Virus record (IMG/VR): IMGVR_UViG_3300041956_000050
Span: 32,001 to 96,000 of that record
Source: a virus
Length of the DNA stretch: 64,000 nt
Strand: one strand, 5' to 3'
Shown: piece after piece, positions 1-9,761 of the stretch
How positions within the stretch are numbered: the stretch's first letter is position 1
How the letters are laid out: each line of letters begins with the position of its first letter
Notes under the pieces: model-generated
Database searches by the model: none
What the model saw: only the letters and a program-made list of their open reading frames with translations
What the model was told of the DNA's origin: nothing
Made by a program: the position numbers and the translations under genes

Positions 1-525
1 TGCGACCCGCACGGCAACCTCGTGGGGTTCAAGGGGCGCGCGTGGAGGAAGCACGCCAGGCCGAAGTACCTCGTCATGGGCAACAAGGGTGAGCGCAAGC
101 GCTACGACTTCAACGTCTATGACAAGTCGCTTGTCGTCTTTGGCCTGGATCGGTGGGGCGAAGTAGATCGCTACGTGTTGGTCGAGGGCGAGCTAGACGT
201 GATCGCGCTGTGGTGCATGGACATCCCGGCGATCTCCTGCGGCGGCAGCACCATGAGCGTGGAGCAGGCCAAGCTGATCCGGCAGTATTGCGACGAGGTG
301 GTCCTGTTTTTTGACAACGATGCTGCCGGGAAGATCGGAGTCTACGGGCGCGAGGACAAGCACGGCGAGCACCACCCTGGAATCCTCGAACTGCTGGAGC
401 CGCACCTGCGCGTCCGTGTCGTCGGCAAACACCGCTACGACGCCAACGACTACCTGCGGCGCGGTGAGCAGGCTCGGTGCCGTGATCTGATCGCTAGCGC
501 AAAGTCCAGCCATGCGCTAGTATGA
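1..525 (+). CDS. dnaG: DNA primase, TOPRIM domain (5'-truncated by window)
   Basis: VLVEGELDVIAL and LFFDNDAAG TOPRIM motifs, YDANDYL; frame 1 is open from base 1. Confidence 0.85.
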   Translation, partial: CDPHGNLVGFKGRAWRKHARPKYLVMGNKGERKRYDFNVYDKSLVVFGLDRWGEVDRYVLVEGELDVIALWCMDIPAISCGGSTMSVEQAKLIRQYCDEVVLFFDNDAAGKIGVYGREDKHGEHHPGILELLEPHLRVRVVGKHRYDANDYLRRGEQARCRDLIASAKSSHALV

Positions 526-539
526 TCGCAGCGCTACGG

Positions 540-596
540 AGAGCGACCAAAGCGACCAGAGCGAACAGAGCGATGAAAGCAACCAACAGCAAGGAG
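540..596 (+). repeat. Five imperfect 9-nt tandem repeats (ARAGCGACC-like) in the SSB leader, ending at the SD AAGGAG
   Basis: AGAGCGACC/AAAGCGACC/AGAGCGAAC/AGAGCGATG/AAAGCAACC at 540-584; TATGAT -10-like hexamer at 521-526. Confidence 0.75.
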
Positions 597-598
597 CA

Positions 599-1501
599 GT
601 GATGGCAGCGCCAAGCAGGCGTCGGCGTACCTCCAGCAGCGGCGGACGCGGCCTCGGCAACGTCGAGGAGAACATCAAGAAGTCCGCCCGCAAGTTCAAG
701 AAGCCCGACTGGGTGACCATCGAGGACGGCGGATCAACGGTCGTGCGCGTCGTGGACGTGGGCGACGACTTCCGTGATGGATTCGTGCATCCGGTCGAGT
801 TCTCGCCCAAGCGGGGCAAGAGCTTCACACGAGATGTCATGTGTCTTGACCAGAACGACGACGGTACGCCGTGTCCCGGCTGCCGCGACGATCTGGAGCG
901 CCGGTACAAGTTCTGGTGCCGCGTGATCGAGCGCGAAGCTGAAGTCCAGAACGACTCCGGCAAGACCACCGGCTACGAGGATCGCGTCAAGATTCTTTCC
1001 AGCGGCAAGCGGCTGGCCGGTGCGCTGAACAAGAAGCAGAAGAAGCACGATCTGTCTGAGCGCGATGTCGAGATCGAGCGTGAGGGCACCGGCTGGGATA
1101 CCGACTACGCTGTCGAGTGGGTTGATGACAAGGATGTTCCGCTCACCGACGAGGAAGTCCAGATGATCGAGGACTCCGACATCGATCTGGACCGATATGC
1201 CAGCATTCCTGACTTCGACGACTTCTACGAGTTGCCGGATCGGGACAGCGACAGCGATGACGAAGACAAGCCGAGCGCCAACGCGCGGCGGCGTGGCTCG
1301 GCGTTCGCCGGTCGCAAGGGCCGTTCCCAGCGAACTAGCAGGAATGGCGACAGCGATGACGACGACGATGACGACGATGACGAGCGTCCGCGTCGGCGTC
1401 GGGCGGTAAAGCCTCGGGGCGGGCTTGCCGATATCAAGAAGCGCAAGCAAGCGGGTGGTGGCGACAGCAAGCCCGCGATTCGTCGTCGGCGCTCACGCTG
1501 A
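599..1501 (+). CDS. Single-stranded DNA-binding protein, T4 gp32-like
   Basis: H..C..CPGC zinc motif, RYKFWCRVIER, REGTGWDTDY, acidic tail; lies between primase and DnaE. Confidence 0.7.
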   Translation: MMAAPSRRRRTSSSGGRGLGNVEENIKKSARKFKKPDWVTIEDGGSTVVRVVDVGDDFRDGFVHPVEFSPKRGKSFTRDVMCLDQNDDGTPCPGCRDDLERRYKFWCRVIEREAEVQNDSGKTTGYEDRVKILSSGKRLAGALNKKQKKHDLSERDVEIEREGTGWDTDYAVEWVDDKDVPLTDEEVQMIEDSDIDLDRYASIPDFDDFYELPDRDSDSDDEDKPSANARRRGSAFAGRKGRSQRTSRNGDSDDDDDDDDDERPRRRRAVKPRGGLADIKKRKQAGGGDSKPAIRRRRSR

Positions 1502-1536
1502 CGTATACTCTCACGCTCTCTGAAAGGAGCACCGAA

Positions 1537-1989
1537 GTGGCCCAGTCAAACATCTACGCACAGAAGGAGAACGGCGATCTCCGGCTCATCGCAGAGATCG
1601 AAGGTCTGAGCGATCCCGCGATGGCCGTCGATGCCCTGCTCGATGAGATGCCGCGCCTCAAGCAGCGCGAGTTCATCGTCATCGATCTTGACAACGTGAT
1701 GCTGGTCGAGGCGGGCGACGAGATCGTCCAGCCGCGTCGGCAGATCGTCGTCAGCAATGGCGGCAATATCTCAGGCGCTGCGGTGGCTGCGCCGGAGGAG
1801 GACGAGACGGAGCCGGAGGAGGAGCCGGAGGCCGAAGCTCCCCCGAAGCCCGCGCCCAAGCGCCGTCAGAGCGGGCGTTCGCGCGCCAAGCCCGCCAGCA
1901 ATGGCAAGACCACGGCTCGACGCGGCAGTGGCAGCCGTCGCCGGGGCGGTGGGTCGGCGTTCAAGAAGAACGCGGCCTCGGCTGACTGA
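1537..1989 (+). CDS. Hypothetical protein with acidic then basic tail
   Basis: ORF with GAAAGGAG SD. Confidence 0.65.
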   Translation: MAQSNIYAQKENGDLRLIAEIEGLSDPAMAVDALLDEMPRLKQREFIVIDLDNVMLVEAGDEIVQPRRQIVVSNGGNISGAAVAAPEEDETEPEEEPEAEAPPKPAPKRRQSGRSRAKPASNGKTTARRGSGSRRRGGGSAFKKNAASAD

Positions 1990-2009
1990 TCGTCGTCAAC
2001 ATGGCTGAC

Positions 2010-2041
2010 AAGGGCGTTGCTTCTCAGGAGGCAGCGCCCTT
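2010..2041 (+). terminator. Intergenic hairpin (terminator or processing site)
   Basis: AAGGGCGTTGCTTC-TCAG-GAGGCAGCGCCCTT, with G.U pairs on the + strand. Confidence 0.45.
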
Positions 2042-2062
2042 CGTCGTTCTGAAAGGGATGAT

Positions 2063-2401
2063 ATGGCAACACGCTTGCTAGAAACGAAGAAACCAACGCC
2101 GCTGAGCACGCACGCGCTGGCAGCATTCATGACGTGGAAGCAGTTCGATCTCCTCCTGCTGCTCAAGACCGAGGGTCCGGCAGTGACAGGGCCGTTGTCA
2201 GAAGATCTGGAGGAGATCCTGAAGTACGACCAGAAGCACGGTGGTGCGTTCTACGCGAGCGCTTCCTGGGACTCCACGTACTCGTGCCTGTCAACACTGC
2301 ACAAGCGCAGGCTCGTTGACAAGTACATCAATGATGCCACGAACTACGTCGAGTGGGCGATCACCGACCGTGGCCGCAAAGCGCTGGCGGGTCTGGAATG
2401 A
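2063..2401 (+). CDS. Winged-helix DNA-binding protein (PadR/MarR-like)
   Basis: YSCLSTLHKRRLV...WAITDRGRKAL wing motif. Confidence 0.6.
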   Translation: MATRLLETKKPTPLSTHALAAFMTWKQFDLLLLLKTEGPAVTGPLSEDLEEILKYDQKHGGAFYASASWDSTYSCLSTLHKRRLVDKYINDATNYVEWAITDRGRKALAGLE

Positions 2402-2565
2402 GTGAGCGTCATGAGGTGGCAGTCAAGCTCGACCGCGAGGAGCTTCACTTGCTCGTTACGTGGGGCTATGCCATCCGTAGTGCTGACACTGACAGTTTCA
2501 GTGAGGCTGAGCACAAGCTGCTTGGTAAGCTCAAGGCACTGCGGGACGAGAGACTGGTGCTCTGA
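2398..2565 (+). CDS. Hypothetical protein
   Basis: ATGA-coupled small ORF. Confidence 0.5.
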   Translation: MSERHEVAVKLDREELHLLVTWGYAIRSADTDSFSEAEHKLLGKLKALRDERLVL

Positions 2566-2783
2566 TGATTGAGGAACCGACCCCTGACGGTGTTCCTTGT
2601 CGCCACTGTGGACAACCGATCTTTTGGGATGAGGTCTGCTGGGTCCATGACAATGGCTTCGCTGACTGTGGCCTGGTGATCCAGGGCGGGATGCGCTTCG
2701 GCTCGGTCATACTCGACCCGCAGATGGACGTGCAAGGCCCTCACGCCGGAAAGCGTGCAGAGCCGGTGGGGGATTGGTCATAA
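2565..2783 (+). CDS. Hypothetical zinc-ribbon protein
   Basis: CRHCG..WVH..C; TGATG coupling. Confidence 0.5.
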   Translation: MIEEPTPDGVPCRHCGQPIFWDEVCWVHDNGFADCGLVIQGGMRFGSVILDPQMDVQGPHAGKRAEPVGDWS

Positions 2784-2930
2784 TGCGCGCATGCAGTCCA
2801 ACGGAAAGCCCGAACGAACCCTAGAATCCAAGATCGAGACGCACGTCTTGCCCTTCCTCTACGCTGTTGCAGTAGTGTTGGCATGTCTGTTGTTGCTGGC
2901 GCTCGTCGTGATGGCGTGGAAGGAGGCGTT

Positions 2931-3179
2931 GTGAGCGGAGTTCCCTACCATCTGCTGCGCTGTCCAACCTGCGGCGGCATCATGGGTCATGAGGTGCGGT
3001 GGTACGAGGACAACGACGAGTCGTGGATGCTTGTGGGTGCGCTCTCCAGAGAGGTGATCACGTCACACAGGTTCCCATACTTGACATGTTGTCACGGACA
3101 CCGTTGGACGATCAAGCAGATCACTCGATCTGACAATGCTCCTGACGAGGTTCTACTGGGGGAACTGATCTTTGATTGA
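2931..3179 (+). CDS. Hypothetical zinc-ribbon protein
   Basis: CPTCG..CCHGH; AGGAGG SD. Confidence 0.55.
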   Translation: MSGVPYHLLRCPTCGGIMGHEVRWYEDNDESWMLVGALSREVITSHRFPYLTCCHGHRWTIKQITRSDNAPDEVLLGELIFD

Positions 3180-6100
3180 CTACGCCGGTCACTTCCACAC
3201 GCACGACGAGTACTCGCCGCTCGACGGCGCTGGTACGCGCAACCAACTGACCTACCAGGCCGCTCGGCACGGCCAGACCCATCTCGGCATCACCAACCAC
3301 GGCAGGCTCGGCGGCGTGCTGGAGCACGTGGAGGCGTGTCGTCATCCAGAGAAGTACGAAGACCCGCTTGAAGGCGGGCAAAGAAGTAAAGAGGAGCGAC
3401 TTATCCCGATCCTGGGGATGGAGGCGTTCTACCGGCCGGATCGCTTCATGGAGTGCGATTCCACGTGGGCCAACCATCTGTGCCTGCACGCGGCCTCCCT
3501 GCGCGGCTGGCGCACGCTGATGCGGCTGAGCAGCAAGTCGTGGATCAAGCGCGAGAAGGGTGGCGGTTTCTACGGTAAGGCTGTCATCGACCTTGACATG
3601 CTGGAGTGGGATTGCGAGGACATCATCATCTCGACAGCATGCTTGGCATCACCGTTGTCGCAGTTGATCCTGGCTGGGGATGAGAGCGGCGCTCGCGCAT
3701 GGATCATGGACATGAAGGATCTGACTGGCGACCGGCTGTGGCTGGAGATCATGCCGCACGATCTGGAGGAGCAGCGGATCGTCAACATCGGCCTTGCCAA
3801 CCTCGGGGAAGATACGTCAACAGGATTGATGGTCACTGGCGACGTGCATATCCCGTTCCGTAACTGGAAGCGCACGCACGCTGTCCTGCGGATGGCGAGC
3901 TACAAGCAGACGTTCTCCAAGCGCGACACGAAGAAGCTGGCCGGTGAAGATGTCTACACGGAGGACATCGATACGGTGTTCCTGTCGTCGGCGGACGAGT
4001 TGATCCAGATGTTCGGTGAGTATCACCCGGATCTGCCGAGCGACATCGTTGCGGAGGCGCTTGGCAATACGCGCGAGTTCGCCCGTCAGGTGCGCTGGTA
4101 TGTGATCGGCAAGACCACGAAGGCCCCGAAGGTCGGCGTCGATGCCGTCGCCATGGTCGAGAAGTGGATGGACGATGGCTGGGAGGAGATTCTTGACAGC
4201 TATCCTGACAGCCATTGGGAGAAGTGGCCGCAGGAGCAGTACCTGAGCCAGATGGAGTTCGAGTTCGGCGTGCTCAAGGAGAAGGATGTCCTCGACTACT
4301 TCTACATCGTCGGTGACTTCGTGCGGTGGGCCAAGAGCGATCTACCGCTTCCTGTCAGGATGCCTGATGGATCGCTGTACTTCCCGCCTGGCGAGAAGAA
4401 GAAGCCGATCCGAGTGGGCCTGGGGAGGGGCAGCGCCGCAGGCTGCATCATCTCGCGGCTGATCGGCATCACTGCCATCGATCCGATCCCGCACAAGCTC
4501 AGCTTCGAGCGCTTCATGAACCCGGATCGTGAGGGCTACCCTGACATCGATATTGACTTCGCTTCCGGTGGCCGCGATCTCGTCAAGGAATACCTGCGCG
4601 TCGTCTACGGCCATGACCACGTGGCCGACATCATTGCTTACCAGACGTTCGCACCGAAGATCACGATCCGCGACATCGGCGTCGTCTATGACGTGGACTA
4701 CGGCAGGCTGAACACGATCACTGAAAGCATTGGCGACACCGAGCGCGGCCTGGAGAAGATCGCAGAGAACAACGAGCTTGTCGCCGCCTTCAAGCGTGAC
4801 TTCCCAAAGCCGTGGCGCGACATGTGCCGTCTGGAGCACCAGATCCTGCGCGACACCCGGCACGCTGGTGGCGTCGTAATCACCGACCGGCCGATCAACT
4901 ACTACGCGCCGACACAGACCGGCAAGGATCAGGAAACAATTGTGACAGCTTGGTCGGACAGGATCGAGTTCCCGATCATGTCCAACTACGGCTTCCTCAA
5001 GTACGACATCCTAGGTGTCACTAGCCTCGACAAACAGGATTACGCCATCGATCTGATCCGTGAGCACTACAACGAGGACGTAGAGCCGAACGATCTGCCG
5101 TTCCTGCGCGATCCCTACGATGTGGACGGCCCGGTGATGGACGCCTTTGTCAAGGGCCTGACGTGGGGCATCTTCCAGTTCTCCGGCCGGGGCATCACGC
5201 AGTTCCTCCGTCATGTCAAGCCTGAGAATACGGTCGAGATCGCCGCCTGCAATGCGCTCTACCGGCCGGGTGCGATGAAGTACGCCTTCGAGTACGGCGA
5301 CCGCAAGAAGGACCCGCGCAAGATCACCTACGCTCACGAGTCGCTGGAGCCAGTGTTGTCAGAGACGCTGGGGCTGATCGCCTTCCAAGAGCAGGTGATG
5401 GAGATCTGCAAGGTCGTCGGCAACTTCACCGGGGCGCAGGCCGACTTCATGCGCAAGGCCGTCAGTAAGCTTTACCGTCTCGGCAAGGAAGAGGCGCAGG
5501 CCGAGATGGCTCCGTTCAAGGAGCAGTTCATGCAGGGCTGCCGCGACAACGGTATCAAGGATGCTGACGGCGAACTGATGTGGAGCTACATCCTTGAGTG
5601 GGGCGGCTACGGATTCAACCGCAGCCACAGCGATTCCTACGGCCTCCAGGCATGCCAGGACATGTGGCTCAAGATCAACTTCCCGCTCGCGCTCTACGCA
5701 TCGGTGCTGACGACGGACAGCAAGGCCAAGAAGGAGGAGCAGCGCCGGTTCCTCAAGAATGGTCTGCGCGAGGCGGCATACTTCGGCATCGAGGCGCTCG
5801 GTCCTGATGTAAACAGAAGCGACGTGGGGTGGACGATTGACAATGGGAAGCTTCGCTACGGACTCGTATCGGTTACCGGCATGGGAACTGGACTGGCGCA
5901 CGACATCATCGACAACCGTGCATACAACGACTACGACGATTTTATCGAGCGCATGCCGACCGGATTTGGTGCTGACAAGATGGTTGCCTTGGCCCAAGGT
6001 GGAGCGTTCGATGGCATCGAGGATCGGGAACTACTTCTTTCGCTGACTCGCCAGTGGGGCGATAACGTCTCCAAGCTCAAGGCCACGATGTCGTGTGGGT

Positions 6101-6771
6101 GTGTCAAGCATCGCACCGTCAAGGCCAAGAAGCCGGAGGACGTGCTGGAGAAGATGGTCGAGGAGGTGATCGCCAAGCTGAACTGCCCCAACCATCCCGA
6201 TGCGACTGTCGAGAAGCTTGTCATGCTTGACGATCTGTACCCGGTGGCACGGTACTTCAAGGACCACCAGAACGGCCACGTGCCGGATATTGTCAGCACT
6301 CCTTCCAAGGCCGAGATCTCCGACATGGAACTGAACGCGCTCAATGTCTCCCTGACACAGAGTGCGTGGTTGCTAAAGTTCAAGCCATTCCTAGACGAGC
6401 GGATCTTTACCGACGAGGAGATCGAGGCACTGCCGGAGCATCCGCAGCGCAAGGGCAAGAAGCATGGCAACTACTGCGATTGCAGCGCGTGTGTGAAGGC
6501 GGCGTGTGTCGTTGGCGGCGAGATCATCGATCTGAAGGTGATCAAGACCAAGAAGGGCGACTCCATGGCGTTCGTGGATCTCGCCTACGAGGCCAATCAA
6601 TACTCTTGCACGTTTTTCCCTCACACATATGAGGAGTATGAGGAGCTTCTGAAGGGACAGTCGCTAGTGATGATCGGTGGGTACAAAGACGACCGAGGTC
6701 AGATCGTGGCAACAGAGATGGCAGACGTGTTCAGCGTGGCGGAGGAGCAGGGATGGACGCCGACGACATGA
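3172..6771 (+). CDS. dnaE: DNA polymerase III alpha subunit
   Basis: PHP motif HFHTHDEYSPLDG, GRGSAAG, FERFMNPDR, PDIDIDF, HAGGVVI, KYDILG, GYGFNRSHS, C-terminal OB fold. Confidence 0.96.
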   Translation: MIDYAGHFHTHDEYSPLDGAGTRNQLTYQAARHGQTHLGITNHGRLGGVLEHVEACRHPEKYEDPLEGGQRSKEERLIPILGMEAFYRPDRFMECDSTWANHLCLHAASLRGWRTLMRLSSKSWIKREKGGGFYGKAVIDLDMLEWDCEDIIISTACLASPLSQLILAGDESGARAWIMDMKDLTGDRLWLEIMPHDLEEQRIVNIGLANLGEDTSTGLMVTGDVHIPFRNWKRTHAVLRMASYKQTFSKRDTKKLAGEDVYTEDIDTVFLSSADELIQMFGEYHPDLPSDIVAEALGNTREFARQVRWYVIGKTTKAPKVGVDAVAMVEKWMDDGWEEILDSYPDSHWEKWPQEQYLSQMEFEFGVLKEKDVLDYFYIVGDFVRWAKSDLPLPVRMPDGSLYFPPGEKKKPIRVGLGRGSAAGCIISRLIGITAIDPIPHKLSFERFMNPDREGYPDIDIDFASGGRDLVKEYLRVVYGHDHVADIIAYQTFAPKITIRDIGVVYDVDYGRLNTITESIGDTERGLEKIAENNELVAAFKRDFPKPWRDMCRLEHQILRDTRHAGGVVITDRPINYYAPTQTGKDQETIVTAWSDRIEFPIMSNYGFLKYDILGVTSLDKQDYAIDLIREHYNEDVEPNDLPFLRDPYDVDGPVMDAFVKGLTWGIFQFSGRGITQFLRHVKPENTVEIAACNALYRPGAMKYAFEYGDRKKDPRKITYAHESLEPVLSETLGLIAFQEQVMEICKVVGNFTGAQADFMRKAVSKLYRLGKEEAQAEMAPFKEQFMQGCRDNGIKDADGELMWSYILEWGGYGFNRSHSDSYGLQACQDMWLKINFPLALYASVLTTDSKAKKEEQRRFLKNGLREAAYFGIEALGPDVNRSDVGWTIDNGKLRYGLVSVTGMGTGLAHDIIDNRAYNDYDDFIERMPTGFGADKMVALAQGGAFDGIEDRELLLSLTRQWGDNVSKLKATMSCGCVKHRTVKAKKPEDVLEKMVEEVIAKLNCPNHPDATVEKLVMLDDLYPVARYFKDHQNGHVPDIVSTPSKAEISDMELNALNVSLTQSAWLLKFKPFLDERIFTDEEIEALPEHPQRKGKKHGNYCDCSACVKAACVVGGEIIDLKVIKTKKGDSMAFVDLAYEANQYSCTFFPHTYEEYEELLKGQSLVMIGGYKDDRGQIVATEMADVFSVAEEQGWTPTT

Positions 6772-6930
6772 TTGTGGGACCGGCCAGCCTGCCCTGCGAG
6801 CTAGGCTGCAAGGTGCCCGATGGCGCGAAGCTTGTGCCGGTGCCGATGCCACGTCATACTTGGAGCGATGTTCTGGTTTGTCCTAACAAGGGGTGTGGTC
6901 GAGCGTGGCTCGTGATCGTGGAGGACGACG

Positions 6931-8148
6931 GTGCCGGTGAACCCTGAGAATCGTGCTGAGTTCCGTGAGTGGGTGGTCGAGCGCGGCAGCGGCACGAAGA
7001 TCTACGATGGCGAGGATGGTGTTGCCCGCATCCCTTTCCTGTCACCGCTGATGACATGGGCGACAACCGGAGGAGTGCCGGTCGGCCATATCGCTCGGTG
7101 GTATGGACCCGAGGGAAGTGGCAAGAGCCTTTCCAATTGGGGCTTGACCTACTGCGCACAGAACTATCCGCGCATCATGTCCGAGTTGTACGAGCTTGAG
7201 ATCAAGTTCTACGAGGCTCGCCGACAGAAGCTCAAGGCTGTTGTCGCCAAGCGCAAGCTCAACCGCGCACTCAAGCGCTTCCCGGACGGCATGAGCGTTC
7301 TGCTGTTCGACACCGAGCAGCGTGCTGAGCTTGACTTCGCAGCCAAGCTTGGTGTCAACACTCATCCCGACAACCTACTGATCCTCGAAGAGAACATCAT
7401 CGAGGAGATCATCGAGGAGATGATCGGCGCTGTGGACGCCTACCACATCCACATCATTGACAGCGCCAGCAACGCGCAGAGCTACGCCGAGGCCAACCTT
7501 GATCCCGGCGAGTACGAGCGCGGCACGGCAGCGGCGGCGTGGAAGCGTCTGCGCAAGGTGCGCAAGCAGATGGACCGGCAGGAGAACACGATCATCATCG
7601 TGGATCAGGTGCGCACGCAGGGCCTGGGTGGCGCTGGTAAGTACTCCGGCCCGGAAGTCGCTCCCCCGAACATCCGCTTCCTCCGTCACAATGCCAGCAT
7701 TGCTGTCGCATACTCAGGCGGCAAGCGCATGTATCTCAACGGTGAGGGACAGCTTGTCGATGACCGCAAGAAGGCGAGTCACGACTTCATGGCGCTCGGC
7801 TCAGACGGCCCGGAGGTGGCCGGGATCGAGATGCGCTGCAAGATCGACAAGAACTCGACCGGTAAGCCGTTCCGCAACTCGATCAGCCGCTTCAAGTTCG
7901 ACGTTGCCGATGCGCGCAGTGGCGAGATTGTGCAGGAGATGGGCTTCGACCAGGGCTTCGAGCTACTAGTGACAGGTGAGCACTTCCACATCATCGAGTC
8001 AGCCGGTGGCGGCATGTTCTACGCGCTCGATGAGAAGTTCCAGCGCACCAAGCAGAAGTGGAAGGGCGAATGGCGGGCCATCGAGGGCATCCTTGACGAC
8101 CCCGGCCTGTCAGAACGGATTCTGTCAAGACTAAGGATGGCTACGTGA
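6931..8148 (+). CDS. recA: RecA-like recombinase
   Basis: GGVPVGHI..YGPEGSGKS Walker A, FDTEQ, IIDS, IIVDQVR, KIDKN. Confidence 0.85.
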   Translation: MPVNPENRAEFREWVVERGSGTKIYDGEDGVARIPFLSPLMTWATTGGVPVGHIARWYGPEGSGKSLSNWGLTYCAQNYPRIMSELYELEIKFYEARRQKLKAVVAKRKLNRALKRFPDGMSVLLFDTEQRAELDFAAKLGVNTHPDNLLILEENIIEEIIEEMIGAVDAYHIHIIDSASNAQSYAEANLDPGEYERGTAAAAWKRLRKVRKQMDRQENTIIIVDQVRTQGLGGAGKYSGPEVAPPNIRFLRHNASIAVAYSGGKRMYLNGEGQLVDDRKKASHDFMALGSDGPEVAGIEMRCKIDKNSTGKPFRNSISRFKFDVADARSGEIVQEMGFDQGFELLVTGEHFHIIESAGGGMFYALDEKFQRTKQKWKGEWRAIEGILDDPGLSERILSRLRMAT

Positions 8149-8396
8149 AGGAGAACCCATGGAGGAAGAAGGTCGCCCGCTCTACTGCGCCTTCTCCAAG
8201 CCCTGGCCTGGCGCAGATGCGCGAGAGCCGCGATCCGGACAAGATCAGGGAGAAGCTGTTCGCAGCGGGGTGGAAGCCGAGCATGGCGGGCCTGCCGGTC
8301 ACAGACGGGAAGATCCGCAAGCTGCTGCTGGAACTGAACGAGGCCAACCGCCAGAAGACAAGGCGCGCGATACGGCGGTATGAACGATCTCGTTGA
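8145..8396 (+). CDS. Hypothetical protein
   Basis: GTGA-coupled ORF. Confidence 0.5.
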   Translation: MKENPWRKKVARSTAPSPSPGLAQMRESRDPDKIREKLFAAGWKPSMAGLPVTDGKIRKLLLELNEANRQKTRRAIRRYERSR

Positions 8397-8533
8397 CACG
8401 CTCCCCTGGCCACAGACGCCGGAGGACATGCATGCGCTGCTGAAGGTCGAGAGCTTCATCAAGGGCATTGACGGCTTCACGCATCGCAGCATTCATGGAT
8501 ACGTGTACTCAATAGTGTTGGAAGGAGGTGAAC

Positions 8534-9646
8534 GTGGGTCTTTCAAGGGGCGAGTTCTTTTCGCGCATCGGAATGATGCGGGAGGTGGAGCCATTGACGG
8601 CTGCCGCCTATCGGTTCTCCGAGCTTCTGGAGGCAGAGAAGCCGCGACAGGGGCATCAGCATGACGCGCCATGGCATGTGTCTTTCCATGGCTCGGCGTT
8701 CCCTGGCGACAATGAGCGAGCCTGCCCGCGCAAGGCGCTCTACACGATGATGGACATCCCGCGCGGCGGATTCTCCCGGCGAGCACGCCAGCGAATGGAC
8801 GCAGGCAAGGATCTGGAGCGCCAGCTAGTGACCCGCTGGTGGCAGGCGGGCATGCTCCTGAGCGCGCCTCCGGACGCTGAGCAGCAGACCCAGTTCGAGG
8901 ACCCGGAGCACTGGCTCACCTGCACTGTTGATGCAGTTCTGCTCAAGCCGCGCTCGATGCGCCCGTTCGTGGCGGAAGTCAAGAACATTGACTGCGACAC
9001 GCTCGATGAGATGCTGCGCCTGATCAGAGGCCCGCACGAGGATTACGTGCGCCAGGTCAAGACGGAGATCGCGATGGCGCACGAGCATGGTCCGTGGACG
9101 GTCCTGCGTTGTGTGAACAGCGGGCGGCTGGCGCTCAACATGGGTCCGGGTGCGAACGGGCACGCCCACACCCTGAATCTGATGATGTGCCCCGAGCACG
9201 GTGGCGACAAGTGTCTTGAGGCGCAGACGATCCCGCCCGTCGAGTACGGATACCTGTACTACGCCTCGCGCAACGACCCGGACATCACGCGCGAGTTCTA
9301 CTTCGAGTACGACCCCGCGTTCATGGAGGCAGGGCGCAAGCGTCTTGCCATCTGGCGGGAGTACTGGGAGCAGGGGCTACTCCCGCAGACGCACTTCGAG
9401 GGCAAGCATCCGTTCGGCTGGAACTGGACTACTGATGACAGTCCGTGCAAGTGGTGCGGCTATGGCCCTGCTGGCAGCTATGTTTGCAGGGAGGACCACC
9501 AGGAAGCTGTCAAGCGCGGCGAACAGATCACGCTGGCCGAGAGCCTGGCGGTCGAGGAGGCAGAGCAGGCTCGGCCGGAGTACAATCTGGATCTAGTCCG
9601 AGCAGCCGTGGCGGCTCGCTGGGGAGCAGACCGTCTAGAGTCTTGA
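8534..9646 (+). CDS. Cas4-like PD-(D/E)xK exonuclease
   Basis: ACPRK, VDAVL..AEVK, YVRQ, CKWC; GGAGG SD before the GTG. Confidence 0.75.
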   Translation: MGLSRGEFFSRIGMMREVEPLTAAAYRFSELLEAEKPRQGHQHDAPWHVSFHGSAFPGDNERACPRKALYTMMDIPRGGFSRRARQRMDAGKDLERQLVTRWWQAGMLLSAPPDAEQQTQFEDPEHWLTCTVDAVLLKPRSMRPFVAEVKNIDCDTLDEMLRLIRGPHEDYVRQVKTEIAMAHEHGPWTVLRCVNSGRLALNMGPGANGHAHTLNLMMCPEHGGDKCLEAQTIPPVEYGYLYYASRNDPDITREFYFEYDPAFMEAGRKRLAIWREYWEQGLLPQTHFEGKHPFGWNWTTDDSPCKWCGYGPAGSYVCREDHQEAVKRGEQITLAESLAVEEAEQARPEYNLDLVRAAVAARWGADRLES

Positions 9647-9761
9647 CGGCCCTGTACCCCCTCCGGGGGTAATCTCCAGCTTGATCCCAGCGGCTAAAGC
9701 TGCTAGGCTGCCTGGCCGACAACTGGGGAGAACCCCGACGACAGCCCAAAGGAGGGCACAA

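Noticed and set aside
8534-9646. Cas4-like gene as evidence of a CRISPR system
   Set aside because: No repeat-spacer array or other cas genes were seen; solo Cas4-like nucleases are common in phage recombination modules.
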